NCBI GenBank assembly: GCA_963716725.1
Contig: CAVQUB010000021.1
Location: 352,001 to 416,000, forward strand
Source of the DNA: an uncultured delta proteobacterium
GTDB lineage: Bacteria; Myxococcota_A; Polyangia; Polyangiales; Polyangiaceae
Direction of reading: 5' to 3'
Length of the DNA stretch: 64,000 bases
Shown: positions 20,343 to 31,300 of the stretch, one piece after another
How the letters are laid out: every line of letters begins with the position of its first letter
Position numbering within the stretch: the first letter of the stretch is position 1
The notes under the pieces: generated by a model
What the model saw: the letters and a program-made list of their open reading frames with translations, nothing else
Databases searched by the model: none
Told to the model about the DNA's origin: nothing
Position numbers and translations under genes: made by a program

Positions 20343-21338
20343 GTGGCTGGGTCGAAGCAGAAAAACGGCGAGCCGTACGACTGGAACCGTGCCCAGAGCG
20401 TCGCCCGGCTGATGCACGCGGGCGTCACGTTCCAAGACGAGACGCTTCGAGACGGCATCCAGAACCCGTCGGTCGTCGACCCGAAAATCGAGGACAAGCT
20501 GGAGCTGATCCGGCTCATGGCCCGCCTGGGCATCCACCTGGTGAATGTAGGGCTGCCAGCGGCCTCGCCCCGCAATTTTCAGGACTCCGAGCTCGGGTGC
20601 CGGATGATCGTGGACGAGCGGCTCGCCATTCGTCCGGTGATGGCCGCCCGCACCGTGGTCAGCGACATCGTGCCGATCGCGGAGATCCAGCAGCGGGTCG
20701 GCATTCCCTGCGTGGCCTACGCCTTCATCGGCACGAGTGAAATCCGGAAGCTGGCCGAGAGCTGGGACATCGGGCTGATCGTCGAGCGAAGCACGGAGGC
20801 CATCGCCTTCGCCGTGAAAGAAGGCGTCGAAGTCGCCTACGTGACCGAAGACACGACCCGGGCGCACCCGGAGACGCTGCGCGAGATCTGGAAGAGCGCC
20901 CTCGAGACCGGGGCCAAGCGCCTGTGCCTGGCCGACACCGTCGGACACGCGACGCGCGATGGCGTGCGCAACCTGGTCGTGTTCACCCGGGCTCTGATCG
21001 ACGAGACGGGCATCGACGACGTTGGACTCGACTGGCACGGTCACAACGATCGCGGGCTCGCCCTCGACAACGCGCTCTGGGCCCTCGAGTACGGCATCGA
21101 TCGCATTCATGGCTGCGCGCTCGGCATCGGAGAACGGACCGGCAACACGCCGATGGAGCTCTTGCTGCTGAATCTGTGGCTTCAGGGCGAACTCGAGCTC
21201 GGCGATCCGTCGGCGCTCGACCGCTACTGCGAAGTCGCGGCGCGAGGCTGCAAGTGGGCAGGCCGAAGGCTCTCGTCGGATCGCAGCGCGAGCGAGTGGC
21301 GGGGGCTGCTCGCGACGCCCGAGCCGACCCGGGGGTAG
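20343..21338 (+). CDS. LeuA/homocitrate synthase-type DRE-TIM enzyme, probably C-terminally truncated
   Basis: DETLRDGIQ, LADTVG, HGHNDRG and GIGERTGN motifs; sequence looks non-homologous after ~21,257. Start is uncertain. Confidence 0.7.
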   Translation: MAGSKQKNGEPYDWNRAQSVARLMHAGVTFQDETLRDGIQNPSVVDPKIEDKLELIRLMARLGIHLVNVGLPAASPRNFQDSELGCRMIVDERLAIRPVMAARTVVSDIVPIAEIQQRVGIPCVAYAFIGTSEIRKLAESWDIGLIVERSTEAIAFAVKEGVEVAYVTEDTTRAHPETLREIWKSALETGAKRLCLADTVGHATRDGVRNLVVFTRALIDETGIDDVGLDWHGHNDRGLALDNALWALEYGIDRIHGCALGIGERTGNTPMELLLLNLWLQGELELGDPSALDRYCEVAARGCKWAGRRLSSDRSASEWRGLLATPEPTRG

Positions 21339-21365
21339 TTGCCTTGGGCAGTGTTGGTAGCGCGG

Positions 21366-22628
21366 CTATCGCTGGGCGATTACGTGGAATTCGACGAGTT
21401 CCTTCTTCGAGTTCCGCTTGCGGATCGCGCGCGCCTCGGCGCTCTTGAAACCAGCCTTCTTCAACTGGTCGCAATAGAGCCGCTCGGCGGGGACCAGGTG
21501 GCCGTAGAACGTCGCGTTGCCGACGATGTAGTGCGCGGTTCCGCCGAGCTTCACGCGCTTCGCAGCAGCTTCGAAGTGGTGGAACATGTCGTCGAAGTAC
21601 TTGTGAACGTACTGGGCCATCAGCGGCCCATTCTTGGGGTGACCCAGACGAATGCGCTCGATGGTGGGCAGAAGGCTGCGGGGAACGAAGGCGCCCGAAG
21701 GCGCCCAGGACAGCAGCCGACTCGTCGCGATGCCCCAAGTTCCGCCAATGGCCTCCCAATCGAGTTCGCCGGCCTCCTTTGCTTCGCCGAGAAAGCCCAG
21801 CCAGTACATGTAGGGCCGCAGCTCGCGGATGTACGACATGCGGTTGGGATAGGGCGGTGACGTGATGAGCAGGTCGAATTGCCCGTCTTGGCTCCCCACC
21901 AAGCCCAGACTCCGCGCATCCGATTTCTCGATGCGTATGCTGCCCTTCGGGTTGTCGAGCATCGCATCCGCCACGACCCTGCCGTCCGAGAGAAACTGGG
22001 AGACGAACGCATTCTCCGCGACCTCCATGGGGAGTCGAATCTGATTGGTGGCTTCGGGAGCCTTGAACGACATCGATTGGTGATTGAAGGCGGCGTTCGA
22101 CAGCGCGATCATCGTGCGGCAGAAGGCGACCTTCAGGAGATCGCGCACCGGGCCTGTGGCAGCGAGCTCGACCTCGCCGCGCAGTCTCGTCACGAAATCC
22201 AACTCCGCCCGGTGCCACCATCGCTCGATGTTGGCGAGGGGAGGCAGCGGCGCAGCGGTCGCCTTCCCCTCTCTGAGAAGCTCCGCGATGGCCTCCACCG
22301 CAGCCAGAAGCTCGATCTGCTGAGAAACTCGGTAGCGCGCAGCTTTCACCCGGCCGAGCCAGATGAGGAAGGGGTTGATGTCCGTCGCGAAGGCATCGAG
22401 CCCTCGGTAGCCCGCACACAGCGGCGTGGTGCCGGTGCCAGAGAAGGGCTCGAAGACCGTCTTCGCCCCGGTCCCAAACTCGGCGAGCACTTGGTCCACG
22501 ACACGCACGGAGTAAGCAGGGGTCAACCTGAGCCAACCGTGCCGACCGTGTTCGAGGTTGTGTCTGTAGGTGAGGTCTGCCCGTTGCCGCGTCGGGCGTG
22601 AGGGGCTCGCAGTGGTCGAGTCCCTCAA
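21366..22628 (-). CDS. Site-specific amino DNA methyltransferase (probable m4C, alpha motif order), orphan
   Basis: Motif I FEPFSGTGTT precedes motif IV TSPPY; no nuclease gene adjacent. Confidence 0.85.
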   Translation of the reverse strand: MRDSTTASPSRPTRQRADLTYRHNLEHGRHGWLRLTPAYSVRVVDQVLAEFGTGAKTVFEPFSGTGTTPLCAGYRGLDAFATDINPFLIWLGRVKAARYRVSQQIELLAAVEAIAELLREGKATAAPLPPLANIERWWHRAELDFVTRLRGEVELAATGPVRDLLKVAFCRTMIALSNAAFNHQSMSFKAPEATNQIRLPMEVAENAFVSQFLSDGRVVADAMLDNPKGSIRIEKSDARSLGLVGSQDGQFDLLITSPPYPNRMSYIRELRPYMYWLGFLGEAKEAGELDWEAIGGTWGIATSRLLSWAPSGAFVPRSLLPTIERIRLGHPKNGPLMAQYVHKYFDDMFHHFEAAAKRVKLGGTAHYIVGNATFYGHLVPAERLYCDQLKKAGFKSAEARAIRKRNSKKELVEFHVIAQR

Positions 22629-22728
22629 TGGACCCCTTCCGACCTTGCGCCCGAGCTCATGAGGGAAGCGAGGCTAACAAGATCCCTGCTCCTTGTCGCC
22701 CGCGCGACTCGCGTCCTGAGCCGCCGCT

Positions 22729-25428
22729 TCACGCCGCCGCCCGGCGCGCACGCAAGACGCCGAGGGCGGCCTTTCGGAGCTCCTCGATCACGAGGATGGT
22801 CGAGGCAATTGCGGCGGCGAGCAGCCAGTCGCTGGCGGTCAACGCCACGGTGCCAAACACCGCCCGAGCCGGCGCCCACGACACGGCCACGATCTGCAGC
22901 ACCGCGACCAGCGCCAGGGAGACCCACAGCCGCCAGTTTCGGAGGCTGGCCACCGTGAGCACCGAGTCTCGTTCCGTCCGCGCGTTGAAGACATTGAAGA
23001 TCTGGAACAAGACGAAGGTCGTGAACGCCAGCGTGAGCCCCCGCTCCGCACCGCCCACCGCGAGCCCCTGCCTGAACGCGAAGAGGGTCCCAATGGCCAT
23101 GATCACCCCGTAGAAGAACAGGGCGCGGAAGCGCCGCCACGGCAAGATGACGTCGGCTCGTTTGCGGGGAGGCAGCTCCATGTTGCCGGGTCGCGGCGGA
23201 TCCACGCCCAAGGTCATGGCCGGCGGTCCGTCCATGATGATGTTGATCCAGAGCAATTGAATGGCGGTGAAGGGAGCAGGCAGATCGAGGACGGAAGCGC
23301 CCGTGACGGTGAGGACGGCGCCGATGTTCGTCGAGAGCTGGAAGCGAACGAACTTCACGATGTTGTCGTAGATGTTCCGTCCCTCTTCCACCGCGCCGAC
23401 GATGGTCGCAAAGTTGTCGTCAGCCAAGACCACAGCCGCGGCCTCTTTGGTCACCTCGGTGCCGCTGAGTCCCATGGCGATGCCGATGTCGGCCTGCTTG
23501 ACCGCGGGGGCGTCGTTTACCCCGTCGCCGGTCATTGCCACGACGTGCTGCTTGGCCTGCAGAGCCCGCACGATGCGCAGCTTGTGCTCGGGCGACACCC
23601 TCGCAAAGACGCCAACGCCCTCGGCCTTGGCAGCGAGGTCTTCGTCGCTGATCGCCTCGATCTCGGCTCCCACCATTGATTCGCCCGAGATGCCCACATC
23701 CGCTGCGATGGCCAAGGCGGTCGCCTTCTGGTCGCCGGTGATCATCTTCACGCGAATTCCGGCCCGGATGCAGCGAGTCACCGCTGCGCGGGCTTCGGGT
23801 CGCGCCGGGTCGACAATGCCTATCAACCCAATGAAGGTGAGGTCCGCCGCGTACTCGGTCGATGGCTCGTCGACCAGATCCGTGGGCGCGATGCTGCGCT
23901 CCGCAACGGCTATCACTCTCATTGCCTGCCGGGCCAAGTGATCCGACTCGGCGACAATCGCAGCGTGAGATGCTTCGTCGATCCGAGCCACACCGGTGGC
24001 CGTGAGCACGCACGAGCTTCGAGCCAAGAGCACGTCGGGGGCGCCCTTCACGAGCACGCGTACCTGCCCACCTTCCCGGTGGAAGGTCGCCATGAGCTTC
24101 GTCGCCGAGTCGAAGGGAAGCTCGTCGATCCTCGGCAACCGTTTCGAGACGGCGTCGAGGTCCATGCCCGCCTTGAGCGCGAGGCCGAGCAAGGCTCCCT
24201 CGGTTGGGTCGCCGATCAGCTTGCCGTCTCGGATCTGCGCCTCGTTGCACAGCACCGCCGGGAGCAGGAGCGCTTCCAGATCGACGGCTTCGTCGCGCTC
24301 ACCGCGGATCTCACCCCGCGCACCGTAGCTGTCCCCCGACACCATGAATCGACGACCGCGGACCCAAACGGCGCGCGCGGTCATCTGATTCATGGTCAAG
24401 GTCCCCGTCTTGTCCGAGCAGATCACCGTCGTGCACCCCAACGTCTCGACGGCGGCCAGCTTCTTGACGATGGCCCGGCTGCGCGCCATTCGCTGCATGC
24501 CCAACGCCAGCGTGATGGTCACCACGGCGGGCAGCCCCTCGGGGATGGCAGCCACCGCCAGCGCGATGGCGTCCATCACCTCTTTCACCAGCGGCTCGCC
24601 GCGCAGGAGATCGACGACCAAGACCAACACGACCACCGCCAAGGCGATCAACGCCAGACGCCTTCCCAATCGGTCGAGCTCGACTTGCAGAGGTGTTTGG
24701 CTGGTGTCGGCGGCGTCGAGCATGCCGGCGAGCCTGCCCATTTGTGTGCTCATGCCCGTGTCCGTCACCATGAGTTCGAGGCGACCGCGGGTCACGACAG
24801 TGTTCATGAACGCGAGATTCGACCGCTCGGCAAGCACCGTCTCGGGTGGCAGCACGTCGCTCGCCCGTTTCTCGACCGCATGCGATTCGCCGGTCAGAGC
24901 CGACTCGTCGATCTCCACGTGATGGCTCTCGACGACGCGCCCGTCAGCGGGGATCCGGTCGCCGCCCTCCATCAGCACGACGTCCCCCGGCACGAGCTGC
25001 TCGACGTCGATCAGCTCCACGGCCCCCGCTCGGCGGACGCGCGCCGTTCCGACGAGCATGCGTTTGAGCGCAGCGACCGCAGCTTCTGCGCGATGCTCTT
25101 GGCCGTAGCCCAGAGCGGCGTTGAGCAGAACGACGGAGAGGATTACAGCGGCGTCCTTCAGATCGCCGATGGCGGCAGCGAGCGCTGAGGCCACCAGCAG
25201 CATGACGATGAGCAGGCTCTTGAACTGTTCCAGGAACAGCACCCATCCCGACTTGGGGGGGCGCCGGGCCAGGCGGTTTGGACCCTGCTCCGACAGGCGC
25301 TTCGCCGCTTCGCCGAGGCTCAGCCCCATGGAGCGCTCGGACCCCAAGCGCTCCGCCACCCGCGCCGCGGACTCGCAATGCCAGCTCGGCGAGCTGCCTC
25401 CGGAAACCTGCATGTCTCCCCCGGGCAA
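22729..25428 (-). CDS. Cation-transporting P-type ATPase (type IIA-like)
   Basis: TGES, IPEGLP, CSDKTGTLT, KGAPD and MTGDGVND motifs. Confidence 0.95.
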   Translation of the reverse strand: MPGGDMQVSGGSSPSWHCESAARVAERLGSERSMGLSLGEAAKRLSEQGPNRLARRPPKSGWVLFLEQFKSLLIVMLLVASALAAAIGDLKDAAVILSVVLLNAALGYGQEHRAEAAVAALKRMLVGTARVRRAGAVELIDVEQLVPGDVVLMEGGDRIPADGRVVESHHVEIDESALTGESHAVEKRASDVLPPETVLAERSNLAFMNTVVTRGRLELMVTDTGMSTQMGRLAGMLDAADTSQTPLQVELDRLGRRLALIALAVVVLVLVVDLLRGEPLVKEVMDAIALAVAAIPEGLPAVVTITLALGMQRMARSRAIVKKLAAVETLGCTTVICSDKTGTLTMNQMTARAVWVRGRRFMVSGDSYGARGEIRGERDEAVDLEALLLPAVLCNEAQIRDGKLIGDPTEGALLGLALKAGMDLDAVSKRLPRIDELPFDSATKLMATFHREGGQVRVLVKGAPDVLLARSSCVLTATGVARIDEASHAAIVAESDHLARQAMRVIAVAERSIAPTDLVDEPSTEYAADLTFIGLIGIVDPARPEARAAVTRCIRAGIRVKMITGDQKATALAIAADVGISGESMVGAEIEAISDEDLAAKAEGVGVFARVSPEHKLRIVRALQAKQHVVAMTGDGVNDAPAVKQADIGIAMGLSGTEVTKEAAAVVLADDNFATIVGAVEEGRNIYDNIVKFVRFQLSTNIGAVLTVTGASVLDLPAPFTAIQLLWINIIMDGPPAMTLGVDPPRPGNMELPPRKRADVILPWRRFRALFFYGVIMAIGTLFAFRQGLAVGGAERGLTLAFTTFVLFQIFNVFNARTERDSVLTVASLRNWRLWVSLALVAVLQIVAVSWAPARAVFGTVALTASDWLLAAAIASTILVIEELRKAALGVLRARRAAA

Positions 25429-25593
25429 AGCAACCCGCGAGCCAGGCGGCCATTTTCGAGGGACGGACCCGGGGACTGCGCAACGGATGCGTGCGCTCGC
25501 TTCGGCCGGTGCACCGGCTTCGCCACGCGGCTCTCGTCGTCCCTGTCGTTGCAGCGATTCGACGCCAATACTAGACGCTTGATCGGGGTGTGA

Positions 25594-26511
25594 ATGACCA
25601 ACGACGAGAAGCGAAGATCCCTCGGCAATGTTTGTGTCGCGACGGATCTGTCAGAAGGGGCGCACAACGCCATCGAACGCGCCGCAACGTTGCCGCTCGG
25701 GGTCGGCTCGAGCGTCGCCCTGCTCCACGTGATGCCGGAGGTGAGCGACGCGAGCGAGACCGAGCAACTCGAGACCCTCACCCGCCAATGCATGGAGGAC
25801 ATTCGTCAGACGGTGGCTCGCCGCCTCGAGACTTCCGGAACCGGAGCACGCGACGTGCTGCTCTCGCTGCATCCGGGCAAGCCCTTCGTCGAGATCGTCC
25901 GGAACGCGCGCCACGGCAAGGCCGAGCTCATCGTGGTCGGTCGTCACGGCGAGCGGACCTTTCTGGACTTGTTGATCGGCTCGACGGCCGAGCGCGTGAT
26001 CCGAAAGGGAGACGTCTCCGTCCTCGTGGTCGCCGCAGAGCCCGCGTCGGCGTACCGAAAGCCGTTGGTCGCCATCGACATGTCGGACAGCTCGGGCCGA
26101 GCACTGGAGCTCACGCTCGCGATGCTCGACTCCACCGTCGAGGCCCTCGACGTGGTGCATGTCATTTCGCTACCGAGTGCGGCGCATGTCTCCAACGCGG
26201 CGCTGGTGATGGAGCTCGAGCAGCGCCGCGCCGAGAGCGTGGAACGGGCACGCGGCGAGCTCTCCGAGTTCCTCGTGAGCCGCGGCGGCGCCGCGATGAA
26301 GTGGAACGTCGTGATTCGGACCGGCGATCCGCGACAGATCATCTTGGAAGAAGCGAAGCAGCGAGGCTCGGATCTGGTTGCCCTCGGCACGCAGGGGCGC
26401 ACCGGCCTGGCTCACATCCTCGTGGGCAGCGTGGCCGAGGCCGTGCTGCGCTCCGCCAGCTGCGACGTGCTCGTCGCGCGGCTCCCCCGCGTCGACTTCA
26501 GCTTGCCTTGA
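25594..26511 (+). CDS. Universal stress protein (tandem USP domains)
   Basis: VATDLS...IGSTAERV and VAIDMS...VGSVAEAV motifs. Confidence 0.9.
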   Translation: MTNDEKRRSLGNVCVATDLSEGAHNAIERAATLPLGVGSSVALLHVMPEVSDASETEQLETLTRQCMEDIRQTVARRLETSGTGARDVLLSLHPGKPFVEIVRNARHGKAELIVVGRHGERTFLDLLIGSTAERVIRKGDVSVLVVAAEPASAYRKPLVAIDMSDSSGRALELTLAMLDSTVEALDVVHVISLPSAAHVSNAALVMELEQRRAESVERARGELSEFLVSRGGAAMKWNVVIRTGDPRQIILEEAKQRGSDLVALGTQGRTGLAHILVGSVAEAVLRSASCDVLVARLPRVDFSLP

Positions 26512-26667
26512 CCGGACGATGTGACTGGCCGCCGGGTCGCGCAGCGGCGATGATGGCCGAGATGCCCACCCGCGACACGGTCTGGAAAGCTGGCTTCTTC
26601 GCGGCCCGCAACCCCGGCGCGCCATCCACGCCCGGGGTGTATCGCTACGTATCTCGCGACTGAGCTC

Positions 26668-27588
26668 ATGCTCGCCCCTTGCCACCACGCGGGCTTCTTG
26701 GCCCAACCGATGCCAGCGCTCGGCGACGCAGAAGGCGCTCGCGTCCCGACCTCGCTGCCTCCGGTGGTGGACGCCCACGTACACGTGTTCTCCGACGGGA
26801 TGTTCGAGGCGATTTGGCGTTGGTTCGACGCCCACGGCTGGCCAGTCCGCTACCGCCTCTTCGCTCGCGACGTCATCGACTTCTTGTTGTCGCGCGGGGT
26901 CGAGCACGCGGTGCTGCTCCACTACGCCCACAAACCCGGCATCGCGCGCGGCATGAACGAGCTGGTGGCGGAGCTTGCCCGCGACGAGCCGAGAGTCACG
27001 GGACTGGCCACGGTATTTCCGGGCGAGCCCGGCGCCCGCCAGATCCTCGAGGACGCCATTGCGCTCGGCCTCGCCGGCGTGAAGCTCCACTGTCACGTCC
27101 AGTGCTTCTCGGCGGACGCGCCCGAGGTCGAAGACGTGGCTCGCACTCTGGAGGAGCACGACTTGCCTCTGGTGATCCACGCCGGGCGCGAGCCGAAGAG
27201 CCCCGCGTATCGCTGCGATCCGCACCAGATCTGCTCGGCGGATCGGACCGAAGCGCTGCTGCGTTCCTACCCGAAGTTGCGGGTCTGCGTTCCTCATCTG
27301 GGAGCCGACGAGTTTGCGGCCTACGCCCGCCTGCTCGAGCGGTACGACAACCTTTGGCTCGACACGACCATGGCGCTGGCCGGTTACTTCCCCGTGCTCG
27401 ATCCCTGGGACCTGGTGGAAATGCGCCCCGAGCGCGTGCTCTACGGCACCGACTTCCCCAACCTTCCCTTCGCCTGGGACCGAGAGCTCGCGCGCATCAC
27501 TGCGCGTGGCCTGAAAGAACCAGCGCTCGCGGCCCTGCTCGGTGAAACCGCTCGCGCCCTCTACACGAAGTCGCCGTCAGCACGCTAA
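26668..27588 (+). CDS. Amidohydrolase 2 family protein
   Basis: DAHVH, GVKLH, VIHAG, PHLG and LYGTDFP motifs. Confidence 0.9.
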   Translation: MLAPCHHAGFLAQPMPALGDAEGARVPTSLPPVVDAHVHVFSDGMFEAIWRWFDAHGWPVRYRLFARDVIDFLLSRGVEHAVLLHYAHKPGIARGMNELVAELARDEPRVTGLATVFPGEPGARQILEDAIALGLAGVKLHCHVQCFSADAPEVEDVARTLEEHDLPLVIHAGREPKSPAYRCDPHQICSADRTEALLRSYPKLRVCVPHLGADEFAAYARLLERYDNLWLDTTMALAGYFPVLDPWDLVEMRPERVLYGTDFPNLPFAWDRELARITARGLKEPALAALLGETARALYTKSPSAR

Positions 27589-27671
27589 CGCAGCCTTGGC
27601 CTCGCGCCCCGAAGTCCCGCGGGATCCGAAGCCCCGGGCGCGGGCACGCGGGTTGCTTGGCGCGCCATGCC

Positions 27672-28835
27672 ATGCGAACCCCTGTTCCCTCTCGCCTGCT
27701 CGTCCTGACGCTGCTGTGCTTCGCGACGGGCTGCGGCGACGACGCCTCGTCCAGCAGCGGAAACAACGCCGCGGGAGGTAGCGGTGGCGGAGCTAGCGGT
27801 GGCGGAGGAGGAAGCGGAAGCGGCAGCACGGGAGGCGTCGCCGGAAATCCCCAAGGCCCGTGGGCCGCCCAAGCGATCGAGCTCAGCTCTCTCACGGCGG
27901 TGTGGGGCGGCTTGGTCGCCCAAGAGTCCGCCACGCGCGCCTACTTGGCGGGTGGCCTCGCGTCGACCGGCGGAGGGGCCTCGAAGAAGGTCGTCCGGGT
28001 CGAGCAGAGCGGCTCGAGTGTCACCATCACCACCGTGAGCGAAGCGATCGCGGAGCGCTACTGCGGATGTGCGATGGTCGATCCGAAGCGCGGCGAGCTG
28101 ATCGTGCTCGGGGGTCGAGACGGCAGCTTCATGGACACTGCCACCGCGGAACTCATCGATCTCGCGAGCGGCGGCGTCTCCGTGCTCGACGCAGGCAGTG
28201 CGGCAGCGCACCCGGTGGGTTGCCACGCCGTCTTTCTCGCGGACCGCGACGAGGGTTATGTGTTCGGCGGAGCGTCGCAGTCGGCGGGCTTCGACAACAC
28301 GCTGTTCCGCTACTCACCAGGCGACCGCAGCTTCACCAAGCTCGAAATCTCGGGCGCCCTGCCCCCGGCGCGCTACGACGGCGCGTTTCGCTACCCGGCA
28401 GCCGGCGGCCCGCTCTACCTCGTGAGCGGCATGGGCTCCGGCGGCAGCGGCCCCGCGTTCTTCGGCGACGTGTGGACCTTCGATGCCGCCAGCCAACAGT
28501 GGAGCGAGATCGTACCCGCCGGCGCGACGCCGCCTGGCCGACGCTTGCCGTGGGTGACGTTCGCTGGAGACGCCAGCGCGCTCGTGATGGGCTTCGGATC
28601 CGACTCGCCCATGGGTCAGTCGATGTTGGGCGACCTGTGGCGCTTCGACCTCGCGACGAAGAGCTGGTCCGAGCCGGGGTTCTCGGGCACTGCCCCGCCC
28701 CTGCGGGGGTTCGCGCAGTGGCTTCCTGGCCCCGAGGGCACGGCGGGGCTGCTGAGCGGTGGCCTCGGAGAGATGGGCATGGTCACGCAGCAGCAGGTGT
28801 TGGCGCCGCCGACCGCCAGCGGGGGATGGCGCTGA
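27672..28835 (+). CDS. Kelch-repeat lipoprotein
   Basis: Lipobox ATGC; YVFGG, GDVWTFD and GDLWRFD blades. Confidence 0.8.
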   Translation: MRTPVPSRLLVLTLLCFATGCGDDASSSSGNNAAGGSGGGASGGGGGSGSGSTGGVAGNPQGPWAAQAIELSSLTAVWGGLVAQESATRAYLAGGLASTGGGASKKVVRVEQSGSSVTITTVSEAIAERYCGCAMVDPKRGELIVLGGRDGSFMDTATAELIDLASGGVSVLDAGSAAAHPVGCHAVFLADRDEGYVFGGASQSAGFDNTLFRYSPGDRSFTKLEISGALPPARYDGAFRYPAAGGPLYLVSGMGSGGSGPAFFGDVWTFDAASQQWSEIVPAGATPPGRRLPWVTFAGDASALVMGFGSDSPMGQSMLGDLWRFDLATKSWSEPGFSGTAPPLRGFAQWLPGPEGTAGLLSGGLGEMGMVTQQQVLAPPTASGGWR

Positions 28836-28870
28836 GCAGCCGTCCCACGATCGCGTGATAGCCTGACGGA

Positions 28871-29263
28871 ATGCGAGCTCGATACCTCCTGGTGTGTCTG
28901 CTGCTGACGACCGCGTGCAAACGGGAAGACCCTGGAGCGGGAACTGCTGCGAGCGCTTCTGCGCCGCAAGAGAAGTCGAAGCTCGGCGCCCAGCTGCTCG
29001 GCAAGTGGAACGATCAAGAGGACGGCACCCTCGCCTGGGAGTTCATGGCAGGGGGCAAGTGCAAGGCCTTCGGCAACCTGGACTGCGATTACGAGCTCGG
29101 GGCGGAGTCCGGCGCGGTGCTCCGGTTGCGCTACAAGACGACGGACAGCTGGGAGGACATCGAGCTCACCTTCGACGGCGCCGAGAAGGCGATCTGGAAG
29201 AACCTCACGGAGACCAAGTCCGATCCCGACGCGACGCCGACCAAGCTCGTGCGGACAAAATAG
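28871..29263 (+). CDS. Hypothetical lipoprotein
   Basis: Lipobox TTAC; LLGKW lipocalin-like start. Confidence 0.65.
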   Translation: MRARYLLVCLLLTTACKREDPGAGTAASASAPQEKSKLGAQLLGKWNDQEDGTLAWEFMAGGKCKAFGNLDCDYELGAESGAVLRLRYKTTDSWEDIELTFDGAEKAIWKNLTETKSDPDATPTKLVRTK

Positions 29264-29321
29264 GGGAGCGGGCTTGCGCCTCGTCGTGTCACGATGTATC
29301 ACAACGTGACTCGGAGGTCCC

Positions 29322-30287
29322 ATGGCGCTGGAAATGCTCGATTCCCCCCGATCGACTCGGATCGGCGACACGACGCTGGCTTGGACCGAGGTCGGCACCG
29401 GCCCTCCCCTGGTGCTCTTGCACGGCCTCGGCGACTGCCACCGGACCTGGCGCCGGGTGCTGCCGCTGCTTGCGCCGCACCACCGCCTGTTGATGGTGGA
29501 CCTTCCGGGACACGGTCTTTCGGGACGCCCGGACGCTCCCTACAGCTTGGCTTGGTACTCCGCGACGCTGGGCGGGTTCCTAGACTCGCTGGGCCTCGAA
29601 CGCGTGGGCATCGTCGGGCACTCCTTCGGCGGCGGCGTCGCTCAGTGGATGTTGCTCGATCACCCGGAGCGCATCGAACGCATGGTGCTCGTCGCACCCG
29701 GTGGCCTCGGGCGTGAGGTCGGCATCGGCATGCGCCTCGCCGCGTTTCCGGTGCTGGGCCCGCTGGTGACGCCCGTGGCGATGCGCCTGGGCACCCGCAT
29801 GATGATGCGCATCGCGTCGAGCGATCTCGGTAGGCCCGAGCCCGACGAGATCGATCGCCTGGCCTGGATGAACGCCGCGCCAGGAACGGGTCGCGCTTTC
29901 AACCGGACGGTGTCTGGCGCCATCGACTTGTTCGGTCAGTACATGCACACCTGGGATCGGATCCACGAGGTCTCGAGGCTGCCCCCCCTCATGCTGCATT
30001 GGGGCACGCATGATCGCGTGATCCCGTTCTCCCACGGGCTTCGAGCACGCGAGCGCCTCGAAGGCGCGGAGCTCCGGGTCTATCCCGGGGTCGGACACTT
30101 TCCGCACCTCGATCAACCCGCTCAATTCTCCGAAGCGGTCAGTCACTTCTTCGACGCGCGGGTCGAGCGCGGCCGGCCAGTGCTCCGCCAAGTCCCTGCG
30201 ACCCTCGAACGGAGGGGCGTGATAGTGCGCATGCTCGCTCGCATGGGCGGAGCGATGCGCAAGGCCCTGCGTCGCGCCGCTGCTTGA
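29322..30287 (+). CDS. Alpha/beta fold hydrolase
   Basis: LLHG, DLPGHG, GHSFGG nucleophile elbow, GHFPH. Confidence 0.9.
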   Translation: MALEMLDSPRSTRIGDTTLAWTEVGTGPPLVLLHGLGDCHRTWRRVLPLLAPHHRLLMVDLPGHGLSGRPDAPYSLAWYSATLGGFLDSLGLERVGIVGHSFGGGVAQWMLLDHPERIERMVLVAPGGLGREVGIGMRLAAFPVLGPLVTPVAMRLGTRMMMRIASSDLGRPEPDEIDRLAWMNAAPGTGRAFNRTVSGAIDLFGQYMHTWDRIHEVSRLPPLMLHWGTHDRVIPFSHGLRARERLEGAELRVYPGVGHFPHLDQPAQFSEAVSHFFDARVERGRPVLRQVPATLERRGVIVRMLARMGGAMRKALRRAAA

Positions 30288-30327
30288 CCGCACCCGACGC
30301 GCTGGCGAGGTGGCCTGACCGCCGTCG

Positions 30328-31300
30328 TCAGATGAGATCTACGCCCAGCCGCAGGGTCAGGGTCGGCAAGAAGCCGTACTTCTCGAGGCCTTCGTCGACG
30401 AAGGCGGTGGCGTCGTCGATCAGCGGTTCTTCGGCAGTGCCGCCGGTCGGTGTGGCCCGCGTCTCGGCGCTCATCACCTTGGTGGCGCCGATGGCCAACG
30501 CCAACACCACGCGCTCCGCGATTTTCCGCCTGGTAGCCCAGCTCGACGAAGCCGAAGCCCAGGGAGCTCTCGATGGCGTAGGTCCCGCCGAAACCCGGCA
30601 CGCCCCCGAGATCCGCCGTGGCGAGCTCGCCGTGCAAGTCGACTCGCGCGTAGCCCGCGTCCAAGTAGACGCCGACGTTTCGGAATGGACGCGATCCGGC
30701 GCCCACACGCCACGCTCGCCCGCCCTGAAAACCGCTCGCTAGGATCGTCGTGACGACCGGATCCGAGCTCACGGCGGCCCAGGCCCCGAGGATGCTGTCC
30801 CGATACATGCCGGGAACCCAGCCGTAGCCGCCAAAGAGGCGGAGCCCCGGCGGGGTCTCGAAGGTGACTTGCAGACCCGCGTCGATGGGCGCTCGCGTGG
30901 CGCCTTCAATCGAGAGCATCCAGCGATCGCGGTCGCGGCTCAAAGGTTCGCTCGGTGCGGTCGCGACATCGTCGGGAACTCGGGCCCACGAGCGACGCCG
31001 CGGAAACGCCACGACCTCCCAGCTGGGCTCGGCCGGTGACGTCGACTCGACGCGCGGCTGGGGCACGGCCCTGGGCTGCGCCGGGCCGCGTGCCACCGCT
31101 GCCGGCGGAGTTGCGGGCGGTGGAAGGGGGAGCGCGGCGACCGCTGTCGGACGTCTGTCCAAGCTCGACACGCGCACGGGCAATGCCGCCTCGGACTCGG
31201 TGGGCAGGGGAAAACTCGCCTTTCCCGTGGGTGGCTCGGCCGCAAGCGTCGCGCTGCTGACGGTCAGCAGGAACAGCGCGGTTTGAAGGGCTAGTCGCAT
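30328..31300 (-). CDS. Hypothetical secreted beta-barrel-like protein, frameshift near 30,525
   Basis: ORF from 31300 reads ...VELGYQA and continues in another frame as KIAERVVLAL...LRLGVDLI. Either a sequencing indel or a pseudogene. Confidence 0.55.
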
